64,000 nucleotides of DNA from contig JBJKPN010000083.1 of NCBI GenBank assembly GCA_046706365.1, forward strand, positions 7,541 to 71,540, given 5' to 3'. Position numbers and translations under genes: made by a program. The stretch is from Candidatus Kryptoniota bacterium (GTDB taxonomy: Bacteria; Bacteroidota; Ignavibacteria; Kryptoniales; JAKASW01). Every line of letters starts with the position of its first letter. Position 1 is the first letter of the stretch. Positions 20,218 to 29,942 of this stretch are shown here, piece after piece. A model generated the notes under the pieces. That model had not been told where the DNA came from, searched no databases, and saw only the letters and a list, made by a program, of their open reading frames with translations.

Positions 20218-22416
20218 ATGTACGATGGATACAGGAGGGCTCACCGCCTGGCCTATTTGTGTGCGGTCATCTTTCTGGCAAGCACAACTTTCGGCGCGAC
20301 AAAAGTCAGACGAATCAACGGTATGGTCGAACTGACCGACTTTGGTGCGCACATCGTTTATGTTTCACCCGTTCCCGGCAGCAAGTACCTGACCCCAGGG
20401 ACAAACATAATAGTTCGGAGCGACGAGCCCCTCAGTCAGGGGACAGTCGATCAGAATCTTTTCCAGGTAGTTGGTAGCGCCAGCGGAGCACACTCCGGCA
20501 GAGTAATCCTAACCGTAGATCACCAATCTGTTTTGTTTCAGCCTGATTCTCCGTTTTCGCTTGGAGAGACTGTAAGTGTTTCATTGGTGCATCCATTAAT
20601 GTCGGTAACGGGAGACACGGTCTCGCTTAATCCCTTTTCATTCACGATTTCAAGCGTCGACCTTAACACCAATCAGGCCGTGATGGCGGAGTTCTCGAGT
20701 GAGTTTCCAAGCAGTACTCTTTCTATCGCCGGGCAGAGCAAGTTCACGCCGCAACAAGCGGGGCCGGTAAATTTCGGACCCACGAGGGCTCAGGGCGACA
20801 CTTTTCCCCCTGATTTTCCTACGCTGAAGGTAACTACTTCCGACAGCCCGACGGCCGGCTACATCTTCCTCGCAACGAACGTTCAGCCGAACTCGTACGG
20901 GAACTACCTGATCATTGCAGACAACAACGGCAATCCGGTTTTCTACCGCGCACCGGGGCAGGGTGCCATATTAGGATTCACAATTCAGCCTACAGGAGTC
21001 TTAACGTACCTGACCCAGAATACGAACACGTATTACGTTATGAATACTTCACTCCAGGTGATAGACAGCATAACTGCGGGCAACGGTTACAAAACGGATA
21101 ATCATGAATTACAGATTCTTCCGGACGGGAACATGTTTCTAATCGGCGACGATTACGAACAGATGAACATGAGCAAGATTGTTGCGGGTGGAGATACGGA
21201 TGCGACAGTACTTATCGATGTCGTTCAGGAATTGGACAAGGACAAGAACGTGATATTTCAGTGGAGAACGATCGATCACTTCAACATAACCGATGCGATC
21301 GGTCAGAACCTGACGGGTCCGAATGTCGACCCTTTCCATGCGAATTCTATCCAGGTGGATCCGGATGGCAACATACTTCTTTCATGCCGGCACCTGAGCG
21401 AAATAACCAAGATAAACACGCAGACGGGCCAGATAATCTGGCGGCTGGGCGGCAAGAACAACCAGTTCACTTTCGTGAACGATTCCATAGGTTTTTCTTA
21501 TCAGCACGATATCAGAAGGCTGGCGAACGGCGATATAACTCTAATGGACAACGGCAATATGCACGTCCCTCCGTTTTCAAGAGCGGTCGAGTACAAGCTG
21601 GATGAAGTAAACAAGACTGCTACCCTCGTCTGGCAATTCCGGCACTCGCCCAGCGTATATGACTCGTACATGGGAAATGTCCAGAGGCTTACGGACGGCA
21701 ACACTATTATCGGATGGGGCGGTGCACACACGCCAACAGTTACCGAGGTAAGACCTGACGGGACTACCGCACTTGAAATGGCTTTCCCCGTCACGCCGAA
21801 TCTCGCACTCAGCTACCGCGCCTTCAGGTTTCCATTCATCTTCCTGACTTCGCCTGCGAAGGGAGACACGGTGCAGAGCGGTGACAGCACTACACTCAGT
21901 TGGATGTCATCGGGTGTCGGAACGGTCGATGTCGATTATTCCACAGATGGGGGAACGACCTGGACGAATCTTGTAGTAAATTACCCAGCGCACTATGACT
22001 CGATAACCGTGGAGGCCCCGAATAATCCCGGTTCTTCCCTGAAATTCAGGGTCGTCCAATCTGGCGATGTCGGCCGGGGAGTGACGTACTACAGCCACAC
22101 TGTTGCCGTCGCGCAGGGTGCGGACGCTGTCAAACCCGGCAAGACTCCTTACACATTCGCGTTGTCGGCAAACTACCCGAACCCCTTCAATCCGTCTACC
22201 CTGATAAGCTACGAGCTTGCGGCACCGGCCCACGTTTCATTGGACGTGTTCAATGTGCTGGGCCAGAAAGTTGCGAATCTCGTCGACGCCACGGAAAATC
22301 CGGGCAAGTACACATTAAAATTTGACGGGAGCGGCTTCGCAAGCGGCGTCTACTTCTACCGATTGAAGACCTCAAACGGATTCGTCGAGGTCAAGAAAAT
22401 GGTACTCGAGAAATAA
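20218..22416 (+). CDS. Secreted arylsulfotransferase (ASST)-family beta-propeller protein with Ig-like domains and a T9SS-type C-terminal sorting domain
   Basis: ASST-like blocks: DNHELQILPDGN, DPFHANSIQVDPDGNILLSCRH, FSYQHDIRRLANGDITLMDNGN. The C-terminus reads NYPNPFNPSTLISYEL...GVYFYRLKT...KKMVLEK. ATG 20218 precedes a signal-like segment. The track ORF starts at 20083. Confidence 0.6.
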   Translation: MYDGYRRAHRLAYLCAVIFLASTTFGATKVRRINGMVELTDFGAHIVYVSPVPGSKYLTPGTNIIVRSDEPLSQGTVDQNLFQVVGSASGAHSGRVILTVDHQSVLFQPDSPFSLGETVSVSLVHPLMSVTGDTVSLNPFSFTISSVDLNTNQAVMAEFSSEFPSSTLSIAGQSKFTPQQAGPVNFGPTRAQGDTFPPDFPTLKVTTSDSPTAGYIFLATNVQPNSYGNYLIIADNNGNPVFYRAPGQGAILGFTIQPTGVLTYLTQNTNTYYVMNTSLQVIDSITAGNGYKTDNHELQILPDGNMFLIGDDYEQMNMSKIVAGGDTDATVLIDVVQELDKDKNVIFQWRTIDHFNITDAIGQNLTGPNVDPFHANSIQVDPDGNILLSCRHLSEITKINTQTGQIIWRLGGKNNQFTFVNDSIGFSYQHDIRRLANGDITLMDNGNMHVPPFSRAVEYKLDEVNKTATLVWQFRHSPSVYDSYMGNVQRLTDGNTIIGWGGAHTPTVTEVRPDGTTALEMAFPVTPNLALSYRAFRFPFIFLTSPAKGDTVQSGDSTTLSWMSSGVGTVDVDYSTDGGTTWTNLVVNYPAHYDSITVEAPNNPGSSLKFRVVQSGDVGRGVTYYSHTVAVAQGADAVKPGKTPYTFALSANYPNPFNPSTLISYELAAPAHVSLDVFNVLGQKVANLVDATENPGKYTLKFDGSGFASGVYFYRLKTSNGFVEVKKMVLEK

Positions 22417-22468
22417 AAGGTGAGACAGATTAGATAACATTCCATAAATCTGCACCCATAAGTTGTAT

Positions 22469-22509
22469 GCGGGTTCGGCCGATTCAGCTGCCGGACCCGC
22501 ATTTTGTTT
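22469..22509 (+). terminator. Rho-independent terminator between convergent genes
   Basis: GCGGGTTCGGC (22469-22479), a 10-nt loop, then GCCGGACCCGC (22490-22500), giving an 11-bp stem with one G-U pair. Followed by ATTTTGTTT. Confidence 0.7.
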
Positions 22510-22718
22510 ACCGGCCGCGAGAATTCCGTTTCGGAATGCTCGACATTTGGCCGCAAACGTGCCGTACGGTTATTTCGCGACCAGACAGTTTGGTCTCCTG
22601 TGTGTCAGTGAAAGGCTTCAACTGGCCCGGACTATGTGAGCCAAGCGTCGCCGGCCGCGACGGTTTCCGCCGTGATTGCTCATGGCGGAAACCGGACGGA
22701 TGGAGTCAACCGGCCTCG

Positions 22719-25700
22719 TTATTTGACCAGCAACATTTTCTTCACCTGATAATATGATCCTGCTTCTATCCTGTAGAAATAGACACCACTGGGAAGCATC
22801 CCAGCATCGAATCTGATCGATTTGTAACCTGCACTCTCATAACCGCTTACGAGAGTTGCGACTTCCCTGCCGAGGATATCGTAAACCGTGAGAGTTACGT
22901 TCCCGCTCACAGGAAGTTGGTAATCGATAGTCGTCGCTGGGTTGAACGGGTTGGGATAATTTTGAGACAGGCCGTACTCTTCCGGAATCTTTTCCATTTC
23001 GATAGCTTGCGGACCATTTACAACGTTGCTGTTCGGCGCCTGCGGCCTCTGCAACAAATCAGCGAGGTCCGAAACCATCTTTAGCAGGATTAGTCGGGCG
23101 GGTTCATACGTCACCCAAACATTTTCATCAGAGTGCCCTTTTAGAGTCAGATGGTTAATGACGTTTTCTACGAGTCGTTGGGCTGCATTCTTAAACTTCC
23201 CCGACTTTTCAAGAAGGTATGATGCGGCCAGTTCAGCGGCGATCGCGGCTTTCCTGACTAGTCCCGGCTTCTTGTAATCGCTGTCAGGAAGAGAAGCTGC
23301 GTATCGTATGACTTCCTCGTAACGGTCTTTCAGGGACTTCCTGTTTGCACCCGCAACAATTCCAGTAAGGTGATAAGCATCGGCAGCAACAAAACCTTCA
23401 TAGCTCACACCGTTGATATTCACGTTGACGGTGTCAACCCACGTGGTCGATGGCCCGCGTCCCTGATCATCATCTCCCGAATTTGAGTACAGGTTCCAGG
23501 AATTCGATGCTCCGCTCCAATAGTATAATCCCTGCAGGTCGCTTTCGACGACGCCTGCCTGGATAAGGTCGTTTCTGGTGTAGTAGATTTTGATGCCTAC
23601 CGGCCAAGCAACTTCTCCTTCGACCTGTACATCAAGGTATTTCCCGACTCCGGCAATCGAAGGAGTCGCGATGTCCTTGGCTCCGGGGGGAGGCCCTGCA
23701 TACGAGGAGGTCTCGACAGTCGCACCATCAGAACCTCCGGTAGCTGTCAGCTGCGCGCCCGAGTTGGCGATATCGTCGATCGTTCGAGTGGAATCGGCGG
23801 GAATTGTGGCCGATGCCACATTCTCAAGCGCTCCCCCGAAGATCTCTCCGGAGTCAAACAAGCTCCTGATTTGATCCGCTTCGCCTCGCACTACGGTAAG
23901 GCTGTTTAAATTACTCGCGCCTTGTCCCATCACGATGGCCGCAATTATTTCCTTGCTTTGACCGGGCTCGAGGTCAAACGGTCCGGTGGACAATACAATT
24001 CTCCTGTCTCCGGGGTTAGTGTCAATCCAGCCCGTTCCGGCTACCGGATCACCGCTTAAAGGAAACGTCGTAAATCCTCCCAACGGATCCGTGTAGGGGG
24101 TTCCGTCAGCCCATCTCCCTTGCATGAAGTAGTAAGCTTCAGCTCCCGTGCTTGGGTCTGACCTCGGGTAAGTGGTCCCATTAAGAAAATATGCGAACGA
24201 CTGTATCGGTCTCGCATAAAAAGCACCTTTCAACACGTCAAACCCGACAGCGGGCGGTGACATCCCGTATGCGGTATCCGGATTGGTTCCGTTGTAAACG
24301 AATGCGAGCGAGCGAAGAGTATCGACTCCGGTAAGGTCGTCTGTCGCATCGCCCAAATCCGGATCGCTCCAAATTGCCAGGTACGTATTTTTCCATGCCA
24401 GCGTGCTCTTATTGACGACTTTGAACCGCAGAAACACAGTATTCGCCCGTGCATCGGGCTGATTGAATCCGAAAATCGTTTGCTGCACTTCGGCGCCGAG
24501 AGGCGCGGTCCCGAAATGCCGGATGTCAGTCCCCAGGTCATTGTAAACTGAAAACAGAGTCTGGTTGCCTATAATCCTCGGCGTTCCATCCGAGTTGACA
24601 GGCGCTCCGAGGCCGGCCGGCCAGAATTTGTAGTCTGGATTCGTCAATGCGTTATCACCTGACTGGATTTTGTACACATGATATGCAGTATCGTTCGGAT
24701 TCGCAGCCGCTCCATTCACTATAGGGCCCGGAGAGAATTCGGACCAATACCAGGCAGTAGCCGTGCGCAAGCTTCCCCCAACCATTGCGCTGGCCCAGAT
24801 ACCTGCCATATAAACAGACTTCTTGCCGGAACCCTTCGGCCATTCAAGCCCACCACCCGAAGGATGGTTATTCGGATCCTGCGCGAATCGTCCGTCGCGC
24901 ATCGTTAACATGGCAATATTGTTTCCATCGAACCGGCGCGGAGTAATTCCACTGATTGTGAAAGACACAGGGCTTGGTTGACCGCCAAGAACACGAACCA
25001 CAATATCCCCTGAAACGCTTCCTACCACGGATGGAGATAAGCTCACTTGAAGGGCGTTTTCATCCCCGCCTGTTACAAGAAACGTCTGCGGACTGCTCAG
25101 CGAACTTTCCACGCATCCTACTAATGGACAAGAGCCGGTATTGTGGATTGAAAGCGTGCGCGTCGTTGGATAATGAAGTTCCATCGTTCCGAAATCCAAC
25201 GAGACCTGTCCAACCGAATATGATACCGGGCACGGTACACTAAGATGACTGACGGGGACGACCTGAGTAGATTGAGCGATCAGGTCATTATGATTAGGCG
25301 TAGCATCTCCAACCACGTTTTCGTTGAATGTCGAGTTCATGCTCCAATAACCCGCAAGTCCTGCCTCTTCGCCGGTAAGTTCGGTATTCATTGCAGCCTG
25401 AATCTCCGTTTGAGTGAGGGGAACATTCCACAGGCGAACTTCGTCGATCAGGCCTTCGAATCTCTGGCTCCGGAGCATCCCAATGTAAAGTCCCACATCC
25501 CCCTGGCCGATTTGAATGCTGGCAGGCAAGCTTCCGGCGAGTTGTCCATTCACGTAGATTTTGACAGAGCTTCCGTCATACGTCCCGGCGAGATGAGTCC
25601 ACTCGAAGATCGGGATTGCGCCAGGGGCAATTGCCGCGACAACGTTCGACGGCGTACCGTCGGATATCGAGAATGCAGCCTGGTTAGTGCCTCCTGCTTG

Positions 25701-28700
25701 CTTGATGAACAGCCTGAACGTACCCGGATCGTTATCCGTGAAAGCAATGGGCCTGTGAACGATGCTGTTGCCGGCAGTGTCTGCTGGAAAACCGAACGGA
25801 CAAATCCACGCCTCGACCGTCATCGCATTGCCCGTAATTATGTACGCCGAAGGATTCGCGTTTGCATTCGCGGGACTGGCATCTGTTATCCGCACCCTGC
25901 CGGATGTACCGTCGAACAGAAATGAGTTGTCTCCAGCCGTGGTGAAGCTTTCGATCGATCCCACTTGCGATCCGGTGCTGTTTTGCCCGGCGACACGATA
26001 ATAGTAGGTTGTGCTCGGGTTCAATCCTGTCAGGTTTGCCGTAACTGCAACCGGGCTCGTTCCCGCTCCTATTGTCTGAACGGCCATAGTGTTGTAAGTC
26101 TCAAGTGAGCTGCTCGTCCCCCATTCGAACCACGCCGTAGTCGCGAAGCCGCATGGATTGACACTCCCATTGAGTACCGCAGATGTGGACGTGACCGAGG
26201 TGGCGGGATTAGTGGCGGCTGCTATCGATATCCACCCGGGCTTTACTGAAATGCGCGGTTGAACCGGTGAAAGGATTGTGTCCCTATCTGCAAATTCATA
26301 CCTTCTATTATCTTCGCTTTCCCAGCCGCCGTTCTCAAATTTCGAATCGGGAAAGGCTTTGAATTTGTACTGGATACCCTGTCCGGCTTCAGCGATCATA
26401 GGAACAGTATAGGTGAATAAGGAGGGGTGGCCAAAGGATTGTGTCATTCTCTGCTGTGAACTCCAGGCGTTGAAGCTGCCGTTTACAACAATAGAGTCCG
26501 CAGTCGGAATGAATCCCGCTGCGATCAGAGCCGACATGTCAGCCTGAAATGTGACAAGATGTGTTGTTCCTGTGGCCGGCAATGTCGTGAAGCTGTCTAT
26601 GTTTCCCCACTGGGTCCCGGCGCTGTTCTGTGCAACCAACTGGAAGTAATATTTCGTCGATGGAGTCAGTGACTCCCAGGTAAAAGACACAGGCAGAGAT
26701 GTACTTCCGGAGCCGACATTTTGACTCGGGGTGGAGTTTAATGATCCGCTGCTGTATCCAATTCCAAACCATACAGTGGTCTCAGAACCGTTTGGATTGA
26801 CATAGCCGTTAACAGCGGCTGATTGACTGCCGATTTCGGATGCAGCAGTCGTTGAAACTGTCGGTAGACTTCCCCCTGAAGAATTAACTTCGATACGTGG
26901 CTGAACCACACTCAGTACCGTGTCTTTTTCTGCTAATGTGAACATCCTATTGTTCCCGGATTCCCACCCATTATTCTGGAATTTCGAGTCCAGAAATGCC
27001 TTGAATTTGTATTCGATTTCCCGACCCGTTGAGGCCGAGATGGACACGCTCCAGATGTACAGATTTGGATTTGATGATATTGACATTCTCTGTGTCGAAT
27101 TCCAATTGTTAAAACTGCCATTGACAACGATGGAGTCTGTCAGAGGATTGAATCCGGAAGCATTAAGAGCCGACATATCTGCTTGAAAAGTGACAAGATG
27201 GGTGGAGGGGATCAATCCTGAAATCGGAGTCCAATAAACCTCGTTACTCCCTGCTATCACAAAGAGATTTTCCCCGGAGAAGGAAAGAGATCTGACGCCC
27301 CCAAACCCTGGTACAACAGTTGCCTGAATCCACGTCCTGCCGCTGTCGGCAGTCAAATAGACGCCGTCACTTGTGCCGGCAAACAGATACGCTCCGTGTA
27401 CCTTGAGTGAAAACACACCGCAGTTAGCTCTGAGGCCATTGACCTGTGTCCAGCTCATCCCGCCGTCGTTCGAGACGACGAGACCGCCACCATCGGTCCC
27501 GGCAAACAACGCCGAACCGAAGGAAATAAGCGCCACGACGTCAGTGCTCGTGAGTCCGTTATTTACCTGGATCCAGGTCGCTCCCTCGTCGGTAGTTCGG
27601 AAAACGCCCTGATTGGTTCCGGCAAACAGACTTGCACCGGAAGCAGCAATAGCATTGAAACGGGAGGCGTTGATGTTCGTGCCGTACTTAGTCCAGTTCA
27701 TTCCGTTATCAACGGAGATGAACACCTCATCTTGTTGGATGTCCAAAGCCTGATTTCCTGCAAGTATTCTCACGCTGTCCGTACCATCGTTAGAGACCGA
27801 TAAGGCGTGACAGTCACCGGGCGAGAAGTTGCCGGTATTGGCCTGCGTCCAGCTTTCGCCATTATCGCTCGAAAGAATAATTCTTGCAGCGTCTGCTATG
27901 AGATTGGCCGCTCCGTTTCTATTGTGCGATACAGCGAGAGCATAAACATTGGGAGACGAATTACCCGTGTTTGCCGGATTCCAGCTCGCGCCGTTGTTAC
28001 TTGAAATAAGCGCGCCACAGCCGTTCGTTCCAACGATGATATTTGTGCCGGACACGGCAAGGTCATTGAGGCATCGGGGAATCAACCCTGTGTTTGCTGA
28101 AGTCCAGCTTGTGCCATTGTTGCCTGAGACAAAGATGCCACTCCCCCATGTCCCTGCAACGAGAGTGGGATTGCCTGTGGAGTTTGGGATAACAGCAAGG
28201 GCGTATGCGTACGGAAAAGTCAATCCCGTATTCATCGGACTCCAACTCGTGCCGTTGTTGGTAGAAAGAAATATTCCGCCGCCGTCAGTGCCGGCGAAAA
28301 CATTAGTGCCGGAGACGACAATACTTCGGATATGGAGGTTTGTCAAACCGTTGCTTACTGCCGTCCAGGATGCACCATTATTAATGGATAGGAAGATGCC
28401 GCCTTCGGTACCTGCAAAAATGTTGGTGCCGTCTGCAGAGGCAGCAAGTGCCGTAACATAGATGTTTGTGAGTCCGGAATTGGCTGAGGCCCAGGTTGTT
28501 CCGTTGTCAGTCGAAACAAAAACTCCCCCATAGTCGCACCCGGCATAAATATTCGATCCTGAAACTATGAGGGACGAGATGTAAGGATGTCCCAATCCAT
28601 TATCCGCTTCGCTCCAGGTTGAACCGTTGTTGGTGGAAACAAACAGGCCCGCACCATTTGTGGCGGCGAAAAGATTGGAACCGCCAGCGGGAACCGGAGA

Positions 28701-29102
28701 GACAGCAAGAGCCGTAACATCGGAATTTTCAGGCATTCCTGAATTAACCTCAGTCCATGTCATTCCCTCGTCGGTAGAAAGTATGATACCGTGCATTTCT
28801 CCAACACCGCCCCGGTTTGCTCCGACAAAGAGGTTTAAGCCTCTCGTTCCATTGGAAGAAATGATGACGGCATTTATCCATGTCCCATCATCCAGCCCCA
28901 GCTTAGTCCAGCTCGAGCCTCCGTTAGTAGAGCAAAAGAGCCCATCACCGTATGCCCCTGCGAAGATCTTTGTATCTGATACGGCAATACTCTTAAAGTA
29001 TCCGCCACAGAAGGGACCGGTTTGCACCCACTGTGCCCGAGTCTCGCCTGCTGAAAGGGCGAGAAGAAGAAGCAACATCGTAGTCGAGCCGATTGCTTTC
29101 AT
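22719..29102 (-). CDS. Giant (2127 aa) secreted surface protein: BNR/Ycf48-like propeller repeats, 2 x (CBM-like + FN3-like) modules, LamG domain, long unknown region, T9SS-type C-terminal domain
   Basis: Signal peptide MKAIGSTTMLLLLLALSAGETRAQ. More than a dozen S-x-D/N-x-G-x-S/T-W repeats (STNGGSSWTK, STDEGMTWTE, STDNGTTWAS ...). LamG-like block MTVEAWICPF...YDGSSVKIYVNGQL...IDEVRLWN. C-terminus NYPNPFNPATTIDYQL...GVYFYRIEAG...KKMLLVK. AAGGAG ribosome-binding site 8 nt before the ATG. Confidence 0.85.
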   Translation of the reverse strand: MKAIGSTTMLLLLLALSAGETRAQWVQTGPFCGGYFKSIAVSDTKIFAGAYGDGLFCSTNGGSSWTKLGLDDGTWINAVIISSNGTRGLNLFVGANRGGVGEMHGIILSTDEGMTWTEVNSGMPENSDVTALAVSPVPAGGSNLFAATNGAGLFVSTNNGSTWSEADNGLGHPYISSLIVSGSNIYAGCDYGGVFVSTDNGTTWASANSGLTNIYVTALAASADGTNIFAGTEGGIFLSINNGASWTAVSNGLTNLHIRSIVVSGTNVFAGTDGGGIFLSTNNGTSWSPMNTGLTFPYAYALAVIPNSTGNPTLVAGTWGSGIFVSGNNGTSWTSANTGLIPRCLNDLAVSGTNIIVGTNGCGALISSNNGASWNPANTGNSSPNVYALAVSHNRNGAANLIADAARIILSSDNGESWTQANTGNFSPGDCHALSVSNDGTDSVRILAGNQALDIQQDEVFISVDNGMNWTKYGTNINASRFNAIAASGASLFAGTNQGVFRTTDEGATWIQVNNGLTSTDVVALISFGSALFAGTDGGGLVVSNDGGMSWTQVNGLRANCGVFSLKVHGAYLFAGTSDGVYLTADSGRTWIQATVVPGFGGVRSLSFSGENLFVIAGSNEVYWTPISGLIPSTHLVTFQADMSALNASGFNPLTDSIVVNGSFNNWNSTQRMSISSNPNLYIWSVSISASTGREIEYKFKAFLDSKFQNNGWESGNNRMFTLAEKDTVLSVVQPRIEVNSSGGSLPTVSTTAASEIGSQSAAVNGYVNPNGSETTVWFGIGYSSGSLNSTPSQNVGSGSTSLPVSFTWESLTPSTKYYFQLVAQNSAGTQWGNIDSFTTLPATGTTHLVTFQADMSALIAAGFIPTADSIVVNGSFNAWSSQQRMTQSFGHPSLFTYTVPMIAEAGQGIQYKFKAFPDSKFENGGWESEDNRRYEFADRDTILSPVQPRISVKPGWISIAAATNPATSVTSTSAVLNGSVNPCGFATTAWFEWGTSSSLETYNTMAVQTIGAGTSPVAVTANLTGLNPSTTYYYRVAGQNSTGSQVGSIESFTTAGDNSFLFDGTSGRVRITDASPANANANPSAYIITGNAMTVEAWICPFGFPADTAGNSIVHRPIAFTDNDPGTFRLFIKQAGGTNQAAFSISDGTPSNVVAAIAPGAIPIFEWTHLAGTYDGSSVKIYVNGQLAGSLPASIQIGQGDVGLYIGMLRSQRFEGLIDEVRLWNVPLTQTEIQAAMNTELTGEEAGLAGYWSMNSTFNENVVGDATPNHNDLIAQSTQVVPVSHLSVPCPVSYSVGQVSLDFGTMELHYPTTRTLSIHNTGSCPLVGCVESSLSSPQTFLVTGGDENALQVSLSPSVVGSVSGDIVVRVLGGQPSPVSFTISGITPRRFDGNNIAMLTMRDGRFAQDPNNHPSGGGLEWPKGSGKKSVYMAGIWASAMVGGSLRTATAWYWSEFSPGPIVNGAAANPNDTAYHVYKIQSGDNALTNPDYKFWPAGLGAPVNSDGTPRIIGNQTLFSVYNDLGTDIRHFGTAPLGAEVQQTIFGFNQPDARANTVFLRFKVVNKSTLAWKNTYLAIWSDPDLGDATDDLTGVDTLRSLAFVYNGTNPDTAYGMSPPAVGFDVLKGAFYARPIQSFAYFLNGTTYPRSDPSTGAEAYYFMQGRWADGTPYTDPLGGFTTFPLSGDPVAGTGWIDTNPGDRRIVLSTGPFDLEPGQSKEIIAAIVMGQGASNLNSLTVVRGEADQIRSLFDSGEIFGGALENVASATIPADSTRTIDDIANSGAQLTATGGSDGATVETSSYAGPPPGAKDIATPSIAGVGKYLDVQVEGEVAWPVGIKIYYTRNDLIQAGVVESDLQGLYYWSGASNSWNLYSNSGDDDQGRGPSTTWVDTVNVNINGVSYEGFVAADAYHLTGIVAGANRKSLKDRYEEVIRYAASLPDSDYKKPGLVRKAAIAAELAASYLLEKSGKFKNAAQRLVENVINHLTLKGHSDENVWVTYEPARLILLKMVSDLADLLQRPQAPNSNVVNGPQAIEMEKIPEEYGLSQNYPNPFNPATTIDYQLPVSGNVTLTVYDILGREVATLVSGYESAGYKSIRFDAGMLPSGVYFYRIEAGSYYQVKKMLLVK
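25937..27203 (-). repeat. Intragenic tandem duplication, 2 x 639 nt (213 aa) units inside the giant gene
   Basis: Unit 1 begins at THLVTFQADMSALNASGFNP (27203 downward). Unit 2 begins at THLVTFQADMSALIAAGFIP (26564 downward). Both continue DSIVVNGSFN.W.S.QRM ... YKFKAF.DSKF.N.GWES ... and end with an FN3-like module closing in ..SFTT. Confidence 0.85.
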
Positions 29103-29942
29103 TTCATTACTCCTTTCGTAGATTTACACGATTAGCAAGACCGATTTCGTCCATGGAGAACCACAGAAAGCAGGCAGAGGAATGTGCCGAAATGTTGTGA
29201 GGTGAGGATGAGTGGGGAGAGCCGGAATAGCTGGTGAAAGGGATGGGGAAAGAGCCTTGTGAAGGCGGGCCGCGTTTCATCATGACGCACCGCACATCGA
29301 CAGTCCTGCTGATCAGGCGACGCGTCGCCGAGATATTCATCCCGGGCAGATCTGCGATACGACAGGGCTCTGATACGCTTTCCGAATCATGCTGGCTCTC
29401 CTGCAACCCCCTGACTCGGCTAATGACAGCCTTCGCGTGTAACAAGTAGCGGTTCAGAGAAAGTGCTCCAACACGAACCGGTAGCGAACTTTCGCGAATA
29501 GTCCCCGGCGATTGGACGTTGATTGCACAGTAAGGAAACCGTCCCTCAGGGTCCTCCCCGTCCTGTGCTTCGGATATGCCAATGGGTGACGAGAGCGACA
29601 CGACCATGGGGAAGAGAAATGAAACCAAGATGCGTCGGATCCGTTTACGGTATGGACTTAAGTGCGATGCACACATCTCCCACTCCAATATTCCGAGAGT
29701 CGAGACCGTGATAAACACACTTCCGGTGCTTAGCTAGTTCTCCTTTGAAGGGATAGCCTTGTTTGTCGATAGTTTCAGGTGATACCTATAGCACGAACTC
29801 ACGGTAAATTTGAATGTCGGCCGCGAGAATGTCAAGAAGCAGTAAGGACTACTGGATGCCAACCATAGGGAAGATGAGTCAAAGTGAAGAAATTAGTCCG
29901 GAATTGGTCGAGAATTCTCGGATTTGAAACAACGAGTGAGAT

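Noticed and set aside
29107-29718. 203-aa minus-strand ORF directly upstream of the giant gene, considered as a real CDS
   Set aside because: I see no recognisable motif, signal peptide, TM segment or ribosome-binding site. The composition (S/R/P-rich, low complexity) looks like translated non-coding DNA. It is kept only as an open question in the findings, not as a feature.
29103-29942. Possible RNase P RNA, tmRNA or group II intron remnant in the long gap (GGTGAAAGGGATGGGG resembles the RNase P P-loop region)
   Set aside because: The universally conserved GAGGAAAGUCCGGGC-type and other core elements are absent. There is no tmRNA 3' tRNA-like end and no domain V-like hairpin. The resemblance is limited to a short purine-rich string.
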